Positions 1 to 8,896 of a stretch of 64,000 bases of DNA are shown here, piece after piece; the first letter of the stretch is position 1; every line of letters starts with the position of its first letter. The stretch comes from an uncultured delta proteobacterium (lineage in GTDB: Bacteria > Desulfobacterota > Binatia > Binatales > Binataceae): the NCBI GenBank assembly GCA_963765675.1, contig CAVXXK010000006.1, positions 1 to 64,000 on the forward strand, read 5' to 3'. The notes under the pieces were generated by a model. The model was given only the letters and a program-made list of their open reading frames with translations, ran no database searches and had not been told where the DNA came from. The translations under genes were made by a program, and so were the position numbers.

Positions 1-262
1 TTTCCGCCATGTTCAAGCGCCGCCGGCTCACGCTTCGCGCCGCGCGCCTCGCACTCGAAGCGTACCGGCAGATTCCGATCCGCTTTTCAGAAATAGAACT
101 GGATCGGTCGCTCGAAGTGGCTCAGAACTTCGATCTCTACGCATACGATGCCTATGTCCTGGTCTGTGCCATGCAGCATCACTGCGCGTTGCTCTCGCTC
201 GATAGAGGGTTGGTGACCGCTGCCGCCGCGCGGGGATCAAAATATTGGAGATACAACTATGA
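1..262 (+). CDS. PIN-domain (VapC-like) toxin, 5'-truncated by window edge, apparent frameshift near 225-232
   Basis: YAYDAYVLVCA...LLSLDRGL is the PIN C-terminal motif. An alternative frame gives the ending AGIKILEIQL*, whose TGA (260-262) overlaps the antitoxin ATG. Confidence 0.75.
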
Positions 263-540
263 CGGTCTATACATTTTCGGAAGCACGACAGAAGTTCGAC
301 GCTCTTCTCGAACGAGCACGGCGCGAGGGCGCCGTACGGGTCAAACGCCGCGACGGCCAGGTGTTCCTCATTCAGCCTGAACGCTCGCGTCGCTCGCCGC
401 TCGACGTGGGCATCGATAGCGACGTCTCTGGCGAAGAAATCGTCGATATGGTGCGTGAGATGCGTCAGCGGGTCAATGTACTCCAGCCAGAAAAGACCCA
501 GCCGAGCCGTAGCAAGCGCGCACCAAAGACGGAACGTTAG
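259..540 (+). CDS. Phd/YefM-family antitoxin
   Basis: N-terminus MTVYTFSEARQKFDALLERARREGAVRVKRRDG is typical of Phd/YefM; ATGA coupling to the PIN gene. Confidence 0.8.
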   Translation: MTVYTFSEARQKFDALLERARREGAVRVKRRDGQVFLIQPERSRRSPLDVGIDSDVSGEEIVDMVREMRQRVNVLQPEKTQPSRSKRAPKTER

Positions 541-721
541 AGAACCGGATCGGGCCGCTGATCGGACCTACGAGGAGAGTCGATGGCGGGACGTGCGCGC
601 GGATTCCCTTCGCATTAGACAATTATTATATTTCGGATTTCCGATGACATTTCTTGCGGACTCTGTACCCTTCAGCAATCAGGAGACGGCGAGTGGCGAT
701 GGTTCGCGCTGATCAATCGGA

Positions 722-1051
722 ATGAAGACATTTGGCCAGATCCTCAGAGAGGCTCGGAAAAAGGCGGGGCTCACCCAGAGAGAAGTTGCCGCCCGGTTAA
801 GGCGTGAAGACGGCCGGCCCGTCGATCCGCCTTACCTCAACGCGGTCGAGCACGATCACCGCTATCCGCCCGACGACCATCTGATCGAGCAGCTCGCGAA
901 GATTGTCGGCATCTCGCCCGATGTGCTGTACTTTCATGCGAATCGCCAACCTCCGGACGTGAAGACCGAGGCCGACCAGCCGCGGGTCGAAGCCGCCTAT
1001 CGCGCGTTCCGCAAGGCGCTCGGAGTAAAACCGGCCGGCAAGCGAAAATGA
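722..1051 (+). CDS. XRE-family helix-turn-helix repressor (ImmR-like)
   Basis: FGQILREARKKAGLTQREVA...YLNAVEHD HTH_3 pattern. Confidence 0.85.
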   Translation: MKTFGQILREARKKAGLTQREVAARLRREDGRPVDPPYLNAVEHDHRYPPDDHLIEQLAKIVGISPDVLYFHANRQPPDVKTEADQPRVEAAYRAFRKALGVKPAGKRK

Positions 1052-1721
1052 AGCTGCTTCGCGATCCGCTCGGACGCCCGATCAAGCGTCTTTATTTCAA
1101 AGCCGAGGAGCTTGACGAGCGCTGTGAGCGGAAAATCGCGGACTTCATGAACAGCATTGCGGCGGCTTCAGGCTTCCGATCCCGACCGACGACATTATCC
1201 GCATGATCGAGTTCGATGCGGACGACCTCGACATGTACGCCGACCTTCCTGAAGAAGAAGATGGACATACGGATTTCTTTACCGACCGGAAGCCGAGGGT
1301 GCTGATTTCGAGCCGCCTCTCAGAGCCAGGCTACAAAAATCGGCTCAGGATGACGCTTGGGCACGAGTACGGCCACGTCTGGTTTCACGCTCCGCTGTGG
1401 AGAAAATCTGGGCGAGAAGACGCGAGCCACAACCCTGCCGAGCCATCATGGACTTGCCATCGCGATGGGATCGTGACCGCTCCCCAGAACGACTGGATGG
1501 AGTTTCAGGCGGCATACATAGGTGGCGCGCTGCTAATGCCTGGGTCTGACGTGAAGGTGTGGGCCAGTGAGATTGCGATGCGCGAGGCCAAGCAACCGCC
1601 GCTGCCCGTCGATTCAGATCTGGCGCGCTCTGTGATCGAACGAATCATGAGGCGTTGTCAGGTCTCCGAGCAGGCCGCACGGGTCCGGCTCTTGCGTTTG
1701 GGCTTGCTGACCGAATCGTGA
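1048..1721 (+). CDS. ImmA/IrrE-family metallopeptidase (frameshift near 1150)
   Basis: RLRMTLGHEYGH (HExxH) and EFQAAYIGGALLMP motifs. ATG at 1048 overlaps the XRE stop; the N-terminal frame shifts into HCGGFRLPIPTDDIIRMIEF near 1150. Confidence 0.8.
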
Positions 1722-1749
1722 CCCGTCCGTACATAGTAAATTATGGAAT

Positions 1750-1779
1750 TTGACAATTACGTGAGAAAGAGCCTATGAT
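1750..1779 (+). promoter_or_regulatory. sigma70-like promoter for xis-int
   Basis: TTGACA-N18-TATGAT in an AT-rich gap upstream of 1843. Confidence 0.55.
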
Positions 1780-1842
1780 GCGGATCGACGACAGGTAAGC
1801 GCGCTATGCGTAATTTTCAACCCCCGGTCGTTTTCGTTTGCT

Positions 1843-2103
1843 ATGCCTTCCGACCAGATTGCAGCACAACCCAAGCCCTACGTATCGATCCGCGAGCTCT
1901 CCACCCTGACACCGTGGACGGAGCAGGCTATCCGCACCATGATGGTCAAAGGAATCCTGCGTGAGTGTGAGCACTACTTTCACGTGGGAAGACGCCCGAT
2001 ATTCAAATGGGAGGCGATCGTCGGCTTCATTGAGGCCGACAGACGGACTCGTAGCGAAAAGATTCCCCACTATCGCGATCGTGTGAGCAATGGCGAAGCG
2101 TAA
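1843..2103 (+). CDS. Excisionase-like small DNA-binding protein
   Basis: 86 aa with YVSIRELSTLTPWTEQAIRTM...HYFHVGRRPIFKW winged-HTH pattern; overlaps the integrase start. Confidence 0.7.
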   Translation: MPSDQIAAQPKPYVSIRELSTLTPWTEQAIRTMMVKGILRECEHYFHVGRRPIFKWEAIVGFIEADRRTRSEKIPHYRDRVSNGEA

Positions 2104-3454
2104 GAGAGCAAAGTATCGATCCTGCGTCGTGCAGACCACGTCTGCGGGACTTCTGCGATTTCGGTTCCGCTGGAAAACGCCAGCCGGTTGCGTTCGTAAG
2201 TTCGCTGAAGCAACAGCTCTCCGCGACACTGCTGAGGACCGCCAAAGGGTCGAACGCCAGGCCGAAGTGATCGGTGCGGAGATTCGAGCCGGCACGTTTG
2301 ATTACTTGAAGTGGTTTCCGAACGGCAATCGTATCGCCGAGTTCCTCGCCGCCCAAGGCACACCGCCGTCACCGAAAACTCCAGGTCCGCCGCACTGGAC
2401 CGTTCGGCGCTATTACGACCAATGGATCGACCGGATGGTTCCGCCCGTAGTCCGCACGTCCGCGGCGCGCGACTATAGAAGCCATTTCCGCAACTACATA
2501 CTGGCCGCGCTCGGCGACGTTCCTCTGCCCGACCTTTCGCTGGCGCATTTGGAAGATCTCCGCGTGACAATGCGAAAGGGCGGGCTTTCCGAGAAGACCA
2601 TTCGGAATACCATCGACGGATCTTTGAGAGCCATGGTTCGTGATGCCGCGCAGGACGGGATTGCGACTGGATTTCCTTTCGCGAAAGTCCGATGGCCACA
2701 GAAGATTGTCCCTGGACCATCGCCGTTCACAGAGGAAGAACGCGATCTAATCTTGGCGTACTTTGAGGTGAAGCGCTGGAAGTTTGGCGGCTTCAACGAC
2801 AATCGTCCTCATTATCCCTATTTCGCATTTCTCTACACGCTGTTTTTTACCGGCATGCGCCCATCTGAAGCCGTAGCCGTGCGAACCAGTTGCGTAAATC
2901 TGAGCGCGCGGACGATCCAAGTTGAGCGCTCCCGACATCTCGGCGCAGAAGCACCGCCGAAGACCTCAAGGTCCCGCAGAGCAATCCGGTTGACGCGGCG
3001 AAACGTGGAGGTGCTGCGAACCCTGATCGAGCCAAAGGCTCAGCTCGGAGAATATCTTTTCAAGAACGTCCGTGGAGAACCGATCGAGGCCGCTAATTTC
3101 TACGATCTGTTCCGCAGCGCCCAGCAGGCGCTGTCGCTCTCGCCTCTTCGGGATCTTTACTCGACAAAAGACACGTACATGTCCGTGGCGCTCAGCAACG
3201 GAGTCAGCCTTACTTGGCTGTCCGAGCAGACCGGCGTGGCTGTAACCACCATCCTCAAACACTACGGACGCTTCATCCATTCTTCAGAGGCTGACGACTT
3301 CGAGATGTCTAAGTTCGAGCGCCGAAATGAGCCCATTTCGGGAAAAATTGGACACCGAATTGGACACCGGATGCCGGTGAAACCAAAAAAGCCGCCAATT
3401 TACTCAGGAAGGTTGGCGTCCCCGACGGGATTTGAACCCGTGTTACCGACGTGA
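2090..3454 (+). CDS. Tyrosine recombinase/integrase with arm-binding N-terminus
   Basis: GTFDYLKWFP arm-binding motif, FFTGMRPSE, PPKT, LYSTKDTY and KHYGRF; abuts tRNA-Glu. Confidence 0.9.
   Translation: MAKRKRAKYRSCVVQTTSAGLLRFRFRWKTPAGCVRKFAEATALRDTAEDRQRVERQAEVIGAEIRAGTFDYLKWFPNGNRIAEFLAAQGTPPSPKTPGPPHWTVRRYYDQWIDRMVPPVVRTSAARDYRSHFRNYILAALGDVPLPDLSLAHLEDLRVTMRKGGLSEKTIRNTIDGSLRAMVRDAAQDGIATGFPFAKVRWPQKIVPGPSPFTEEERDLILAYFEVKRWKFGGFNDNRPHYPYFAFLYTLFFTGMRPSEAVAVRTSCVNLSARTIQVERSRHLGAEAPPKTSRSRRAIRLTRRNVEVLRTLIEPKAQLGEYLFKNVRGEPIEAANFYDLFRSAQQALSLSPLRDLYSTKDTYMSVALSNGVSLTWLSEQTGVAVTTILKHYGRFIHSSEADDFEMSKFERRNEPISGKIGHRIGHRMPVKPKKPPIYSGRLASPTGFEPVLPT
3346..3369 (+). repeat. Tandem 12-bp repeat AATTGGACACCG x2, candidate integrase arm-type sites
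   Basis: Exact tandem repeat about 45 bp from the tRNA CCA end. Confidence 0.6.
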
Positions 3455-3491
3455 AAGGCCGGTGTCCTAGGCCGAGCTAGACGACGGGGAC
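3414..3491 (-). tRNA. tRNA-Glu (TTC)
   Basis: Reverse complement GTCCCCGTCGTCTAG...CCGGC-CTTTCAC-GTCGG...GGTTCAAATCC...GGGGACGCCA forms a cloverleaf with encoded CCA. Confidence 0.97.
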
Positions 3492-3729
3492 GGCGCACTA
3501 CTAAGACAAACGCGCGCGAGGCGCGCGCTTCGACCGCTCACGGTACCATCGGCGCAGGAAGCGGAGCAACACTCGCATTGCGAGCTCAAAGCTCGGGCGA
3601 CCGCGTTCCACGGCATCGGCTGAAAAAGCGCCCGACGCGCGGTTTAGTCATCGCGTTTCGCCGCTGCCATGCGCAATTATGAGAGAGTGGCGCTTGTGTC
3701 GCTTGAGCTACCGCGGGGGGCCGGAACGG

Positions 3730-4575
3730 ATGAACTATCGCAAGAAATTTCGCATCGCGCCGGGAAGTCGGATCTCTCTGAAAGACTTCGATCCGGATTT
3801 CTTCGATCCGCACGAAAACAAGAAATCCGCGTTGGGGAAGATCGCGATGCTCCAGCGACGGATGGACCAGTTGCAGTTCGAGCTCTACGCGGAATCCAAG
3901 CGCTCGCTGCTCATTTGCCTTCAGGCTCTCGATGCTGGCGGCAAGGATGGCGTCATCCGGCACGTAATCGGCACGATGAATCCGCAAGGCTGCCGCGTCG
4001 TCGGCTTCAAGGCGCCATCGCCGCTGGAACTCGCGCACGATTTCTTGTGGAGGATCGAGCAGCAAACTCCCAAACGTGGCGAGGTGGTGGCATTCAACCG
4101 CTCACACTACGAGGACGTGCTGGTCGTGCGGGTTCACGATCTGGTCCCGAAAGCGGTCTGGTCGAAGCGCTACCCACAGATCAACGATTTCGAGCGGCGG
4201 CTCGTTGCCAGCGGCACGCATATTCTTAAGTTCTTCTTGCACATCAGCAAGCAGGAGCAATTGCGGCGATTCAAACGACGGCTTGACGATCGCGCCCGAC
4301 GCTGGAAGATCAGCGAGGCCGATTACTCGGAAAGAGAGCTCTGGGACGGCTACGAGGCCGCCTACGAGGATGCGATCAGCAAGTGCAGCACGGAGGACGC
4401 GCCGTGGTTCGTGATTCCCGCCAATCACAAATGGTTTCGCGATCTCGCTATCGCGCAAATCATCACCGAGACGATGGAGCGGCTCGGCATCCAGCTTCCG
4501 AAGCCGAGCGTCAACCTCGCCGACATCCGGCGGAAGTATCACGCGGACGTCAAGGAAAGTAAAAACGCGAACTAG
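3730..4575 (+). CDS. ppk2: Polyphosphate kinase 2 family protein
   Basis: QALDAGGKDG Walker A, FNRSHYEDVL and PANHKWFR motifs. Confidence 0.92.
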   Translation: MNYRKKFRIAPGSRISLKDFDPDFFDPHENKKSALGKIAMLQRRMDQLQFELYAESKRSLLICLQALDAGGKDGVIRHVIGTMNPQGCRVVGFKAPSPLELAHDFLWRIEQQTPKRGEVVAFNRSHYEDVLVVRVHDLVPKAVWSKRYPQINDFERRLVASGTHILKFFLHISKQEQLRRFKRRLDDRARRWKISEADYSERELWDGYEAAYEDAISKCSTEDAPWFVIPANHKWFRDLAIAQIITETMERLGIQLPKPSVNLADIRRKYHADVKESKNAN

Positions 4576-4616
4576 ACGCGGGCGGCATCTTCCGCCGATC
4601 GACGAGAGAGTATTCG

Positions 4617-5825
4617 ATGAAGGATTCCGGCACACGCATCCTGACCGTCAACGGCGGTTCGTCGAGTATAAAATTCGCGCTGTTCAAGGCGGACAAGTCG
4701 CTCGCGCGGATTCTGCACGGATCGATCGAAGGGATCGGGAGTCCGAAGAGCAGCTTCAGCGTAGGTTCGAATGAGTCCGACAATGTAGTGAAGGACGTGA
4801 AGGCGCCGGACCATCAGGCCGCCGTGGGCTTGCTGATGGACTGGATCCAGAAACGGACCGATCGCGACGCGCTCTCAGCAGTGGGACATCGCATTGTCCA
4901 CGGTGGACCAAAGTATTGGGAGCCGCAGCGAATCACGCCGGCGATGATAGGGGAGCTGCGCCAGCTTAGCTCGTTCGATCCTGAGCATCTGCCCGAAGAG
5001 ATCATGCTGGCGGAGGCCTTTCAGCGCCGGTTTCCGGCCGTGAGCCAGATCGCATGCTTCGACACCGAGTTTCATCACGACCTGCCGCGCGTGGCGAGGA
5101 TGCTCGCGATCCCTCGCCGCTACGAGGCACAGGGGGTTCGCCGCTACGGTTTTCATGGTTTGTCGTATGCGTATTTGATCCAGGAACTCGAGCGCGTTGC
5201 CGGCGCGAAGGAGGCTCGTGGGCGCGTCATCCTGGCTCATCTCGGCAGCGGCGCGAGCCTCGCAGCGGTGCGCGATCGGAAAAGTATCGACACCTCGATG
5301 GCGTTAACTCCGGCAGCGGGTATTGCGATGAGCACGCGCTCTGGCGATGTGGACCCGGGTTTGGCTTTCTATCTGTCGCGCACCGAAAAGATGACCGCGT
5401 CGAAGTTCGATCAGATGGTGAATCACAAGTCGGGTCTCCTCGGAATTTCGGAGACCAGCTCCGATATGCGGGAGCTGCTCGCGCGCGAGGCCGGCGACGT
5501 CCGCGCCGCGGAAGCGGTGGCGATCTTCTGCTACCAGGCGAAGAAATGGATCGGAGCTTATGCGGCCGCGCTCGGCGGACTTGATACGCTGGTATTTGCC
5601 GGTGGTATAGGCGAAAAGGCGCCCGTGGTTCGCGCGCGGATATGCGAGGGGCTCGGCTTCCTCGGTCTCGAGCTGGATGAGTCGCGCAATGCGCAGAATG
5701 CGGCGCTGATTTCCAGCGACGCCGCCCGAGTCGCGGTGCGCGTTATCTCTACAGACGAGGAAGTCATGATTGCGCGATCTACTTGCCGCATTCTCGGTCT
5801 GGTCTTCGATCCTCCTGAAGTATGA
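4617..5825 (+). CDS. ackA: Acetate/propionate kinase
   Basis: [38 protein letters not shown] and FAGGIGE motifs. Confidence 0.95.
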   Translation: MKDSGTRILTVNGGSSSIKFALFKADKSLARILHGSIEGIGSPKSSFSVGSNESDNVVKDVKAPDHQAAVGLLMDWIQKRTDRDALSAVGHRIVHGGPKYWEPQRITPAMIGELRQLSSFDPEHLPEEIMLAEAFQRRFPAVSQIACFDTEFHHDLPRVARMLAIPRRYEAQGVRRYGFHGLSYAYLIQELERVAGAKEARGRVILAHLGSGASLAAVRDRKSIDTSMALTPAAGIAMSTRSGDVDPGLAFYLSRTEKMTASKFDQMVNHKSGLLGISETSSDMRELLAREAGDVRAAEAVAIFCYQAKKWIGAYAAALGGLDTLVFAGGIGEKAPVVRARICEGLGFLGLELDESRNAQNAALISSDAARVAVRVISTDEEVMIARSTCRILGLVFDPPEV

Positions 5826-5880
5826 AAAAATTTCTCAGGCCTTAACCAGCGAAATTCGCTGGATTTCAAAGCTATTTCAC

Positions 5881-5896
5881 TGGCCTTGGTATTGCT
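5881..5896 (+). promoter_or_regulatory. sigma54 (-24/-12) promoter upstream of csbD-BON
   Basis: TGGCCTTGGTATTGCT (GG-N10-GC). Confidence 0.65.
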
Positions 5897-5952
5897 CCCT
5901 AGCCTCCGGACAGCGTGACGAAAAGGTCACCCGTCGAGGAGAGAGAAGAGCA

Positions 5953-6147
5953 ATGAACAGCGATCAGATCAAAGGAAAGCTGAAGCAGCTCAGCGGCCAA
6001 ATGAAGAAGAAATGGGGTCAGCTCACCGACGACGATCTCAAAGAGGCGTCGGGCAATCTCGATATCCTGGTCGGGAAGATCCAGGAGCTTTCGGGAGACC
6101 GTCGCGAAGAGATCGAGCATTGGTTCAAGTCCCAAGGCGTAGACTGA
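5953..6147 (+). CDS. CsbD/YjbJ family stress protein
   Basis: [29 protein letters not shown]...LVGKIQE. Confidence 0.92.
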   Translation: MNSDQIKGKLKQLSGQMKKKWGQLTDDDLKEASGNLDILVGKIQELSGDRREEIEHWFKSQGVD

Positions 6148-6223
6148 TTGCCGTATCGTGCGCTCGAGCCGAGTTGTCGCGGCCATTCATCGGTCGGTTT
6201 CAGTCTTACAAGGAGAGAGGCTA

Positions 6224-6628
6224 ATGAAAATTAGCAAGCTGATAGTTGCACTGCCGGTCCTCGCGCTGACACTGTCCTCGACACCGCTGGTATTCGCGCA
6301 ATCAGACGGTCCGTCTTCGGCCTCGAGCGACATGAAAAGCGCCGGTTCTTCCGCCGTGGATGCGGCCACCGAGGCCTACCACGGCACCGCGCGCGCGGTT
6401 AAGGACACTGCCATTACGGCGAAGATCAAAACCGCTCTGCACGACGACAAGATCACCAAGGGCACCGACATCCACGTCGATACCGTCGCCGGCGTCGTAA
6501 CTCTAAGCGGCACCGCTCCCAGCGCCGAAGTGGCTCAGCGCGCTATGGAATTGGCACAGCAGACGAGTGGCGTTCACAACGTAAAGAACGCGATCACGCT
6601 CGCCCAGGTGAACAGCTCGATGCATTGA
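6224..6628 (+). CDS. BON-domain (OsmY-like) periplasmic protein
   Basis: Signal peptide followed by DTAITAKIK...IHVDTVAGVVTLSG...GVHNVKN. Confidence 0.92.
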   Translation: MKISKLIVALPVLALTLSSTPLVFAQSDGPSSASSDMKSAGSSAVDAATEAYHGTARAVKDTAITAKIKTALHDDKITKGTDIHVDTVAGVVTLSGTAPSAEVAQRAMELAQQTSGVHNVKNAITLAQVNSSMH

Positions 6629-6760
6629 CGACGAGCCGGAGCGCTCCATTCGTTCAATTCGCGCTCTGGATGAAAAATCCGCCCCGGCACGCGACGCCAG
6701 CAATCCCTCTGGCGCGAGTGCCGGGTCCATAACGGACCATAGGGAAGGAAGTCCGTATAA

Positions 6761-8896
6761 ATGATTACCAACGAGCTTATGCCCGGCGGTCCTTATCCTC
6801 AGGGGGCGAACTGGGACGGAGCTGGAGTCAACTTCGCACTGTTCAGTGAAAATGCTGAAGCGGTCGAGTTGTGTCTGTTCGAGGAAAGCGGCAGCGACCG
6901 CGAAACTACGCGAATACCCATAACCGAGAAGACTGATAGCGTCTGGCATATCTATATTCCCGGACTGAAATCTGGCTTGCGCTATGGATATCGCGTGAGC
7001 GGTCCTTACGATCCGGCACATGGATATCGATTCAACCCGGCGAAACTCCTGATAGATCCGTACGCCAAGGCGGTCGACGGAACGATCAAATGGGACGACG
7101 CACTTTTCGGCTACACGATCGGGAGCGGCGAGGAAGATCTCTCGCGCGACGACCGCGACAGCGCCGCGTTCGTTCCGAAGAGCGTGGTCGTCGATCCTTT
7201 TTTCGATTGGCGTAACGACACTCAGTTGCGCACGCCATGGCATGAGACCGTCATCTACGAACTTCACGTAAAGGGCTACACTAAGCTGCATCCGGATATA
7301 CCCGAGACGCTCCGCGGCACCTACGCCGGAATAGCTCATCCGTCATCGATCGACCATCTGGCGTCGCTGGGTATCACCGCGGTGGAACTGATGCCGATTC
7401 ATCAGTCGGTCTCAGATCGGCGGCTGGTCGAGCGTGGGCTGAGTAACTACTGGGGATATAACTCAGTAGGTTTCTTTGCACCCGACAACCGATTCTCCTC
7501 GAGTACTGGTCCTGGAGATATGGTTGGCGAATTCAAGAATATGGTGCGCACTCTGCACGCAGCCGGAATCGAGGTGATCCTCGACGTCGTCTACAACCAC
7601 ACGGCCGAGGGTAACCAGTTGGGACCCACGATCTGTTTTCGCGGCGTGGACAATGGCGCCTACTACCGCCTGGTCGAAGATCAGCCGCGCTATTACATGG
7701 ACTACACCGGATGCGGAAATACGCTGCGCATGCGTCATCCTCAACCGCTGCGGCTGATCATGGACAGCTTGCGCTATTGGGTTCTCGAGATGCACGTCGA
7801 TGGGTTCCGGTTCGATCTCGCAGCAGCATTGGCGCGCGAGCTGCACGAGGTCGATCGGCTCTCCGCATTCTTCGACATCATCCACCAGGATCCGGTGCTG
7901 TCGCAGATCAAGCTGATCGCGGAACCATGGGATCTGGGGCAGGGCGGTTACCAGGTCGGGAATTTCCCGGTGTTATGGTCGGAATGGAACGGCAAATATC
8001 GCGACGCCGTGCGCGACTACTGGCGCGGCGCTGATCAGAGCGTGGGTGAGTTGGCATCGCGGCTCACGGGCAGCTCTGATCTCTACGAATCGAATGGTAG
8101 ACGGCCCTACGCGAGCATCAACTTTGTTACCGCGCACGACGGATTCACGCTCACCGACCTCGTCAGTTACAACGATCGCCACAACGAGGCGAATGGCGAA
8201 GAGAATCGTGACGGCGAATCCAATAATCGTTCCTGGAACTGCGGTGTAGAAGGTCCGAGCGCGGACGAGGGCGTTGCGTCACTTAGATGGCGTCTCAGGC
8301 GCGATTTCATGGCCACCCTGTTCCTGTCGCTGGGAGTTCCGATGCTTCTGGCGGGCGATGAGATGGGCCGCACCCAGCAAGGCAACAACAATGCCTATTG
8401 CCAGGATAGCGAGTTGTCGTGGCTGGATTGGAAGAACGCCGACAAGGATCTGCTTGAGTTCACCCGCAAGATGATTGCGTTCCGCAAGCGTCATCCGGTG
8501 TTTCAGCGGCGCAAATGGTTTCAGGGACGATCGATCCGCGGCTCCGACGTTGAGGACATCGCATGGTTTCGCCCGGACGCGAAGACCATGTCCGACGAGG
8601 ATTGGGGCAACGGCTTTGCCAAGTCACTTGCGGTGTTTTTGAATGGCGAGGTCATCCCGACGCCCGACCAGTACGGGCGGCGAATCGTCGATCAGTCTTT
8701 TTATCTCATCTTCAATGCGCACTGGGAGGCCGTGAAGTTTACTCTGCCGGCTGAGGACTGGGGAAAAAGCTGGCATCGCGAGATCGACACCGCCGAGCCG
8801 GTTCAACCTCCCAATGGCGACGACCATGACTGCGCGGCGGGTAGCGAGCTGGTGGTCGAGCCGCGATCCTTGATGGTTCTGAGCCGTGCTGCGTGA
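6761..8896 (+). CDS. glgX: Glycogen debranching enzyme (GlgX/TreX)
   Basis: GH13 motifs NYWGYN, DVVYNHTAEG, DGFRFDLA, IAEPWD and FVTAHDGFTL. Confidence 0.97.
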   Translation: MITNELMPGGPYPQGANWDGAGVNFALFSENAEAVELCLFEESGSDRETTRIPITEKTDSVWHIYIPGLKSGLRYGYRVSGPYDPAHGYRFNPAKLLIDPYAKAVDGTIKWDDALFGYTIGSGEEDLSRDDRDSAAFVPKSVVVDPFFDWRNDTQLRTPWHETVIYELHVKGYTKLHPDIPETLRGTYAGIAHPSSIDHLASLGITAVELMPIHQSVSDRRLVERGLSNYWGYNSVGFFAPDNRFSSSTGPGDMVGEFKNMVRTLHAAGIEVILDVVYNHTAEGNQLGPTICFRGVDNGAYYRLVEDQPRYYMDYTGCGNTLRMRHPQPLRLIMDSLRYWVLEMHVDGFRFDLAAALARELHEVDRLSAFFDIIHQDPVLSQIKLIAEPWDLGQGGYQVGNFPVLWSEWNGKYRDAVRDYWRGADQSVGELASRLTGSSDLYESNGRRPYASINFVTAHDGFTLTDLVSYNDRHNEANGEENRDGESNNRSWNCGVEGPSADEGVASLRWRLRRDFMATLFLSLGVPMLLAGDEMGRTQQGNNNAYCQDSELSWLDWKNADKDLLEFTRKMIAFRKRHPVFQRRKWFQGRSIRGSDVEDIAWFRPDAKTMSDEDWGNGFAKSLAVFLNGEVIPTPDQYGRRIVDQSFYLIFNAHWEAVKFTLPAEDWGKSWHREIDTAEPVQPPNGDDHDCAAGSELVVEPRSLMVLSRAA

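Larger units (their letters stand above)
1..3454. mobile_element. Right end of an integrative element/genomic island inserted at the 3' end of tRNA-Glu
   Basis: TA module, XRE-ImmA, xis and int converge on the tRNA 3' end. The left boundary is outside the window. Confidence 0.8.

Noticed and set aside
220-1160. Frameshifts in PIN and ImmA as programmed recoding
   Set aside because: No slippery heptamer or stimulatory structure seen; scattered indels elsewhere favour sequencing error or decay.
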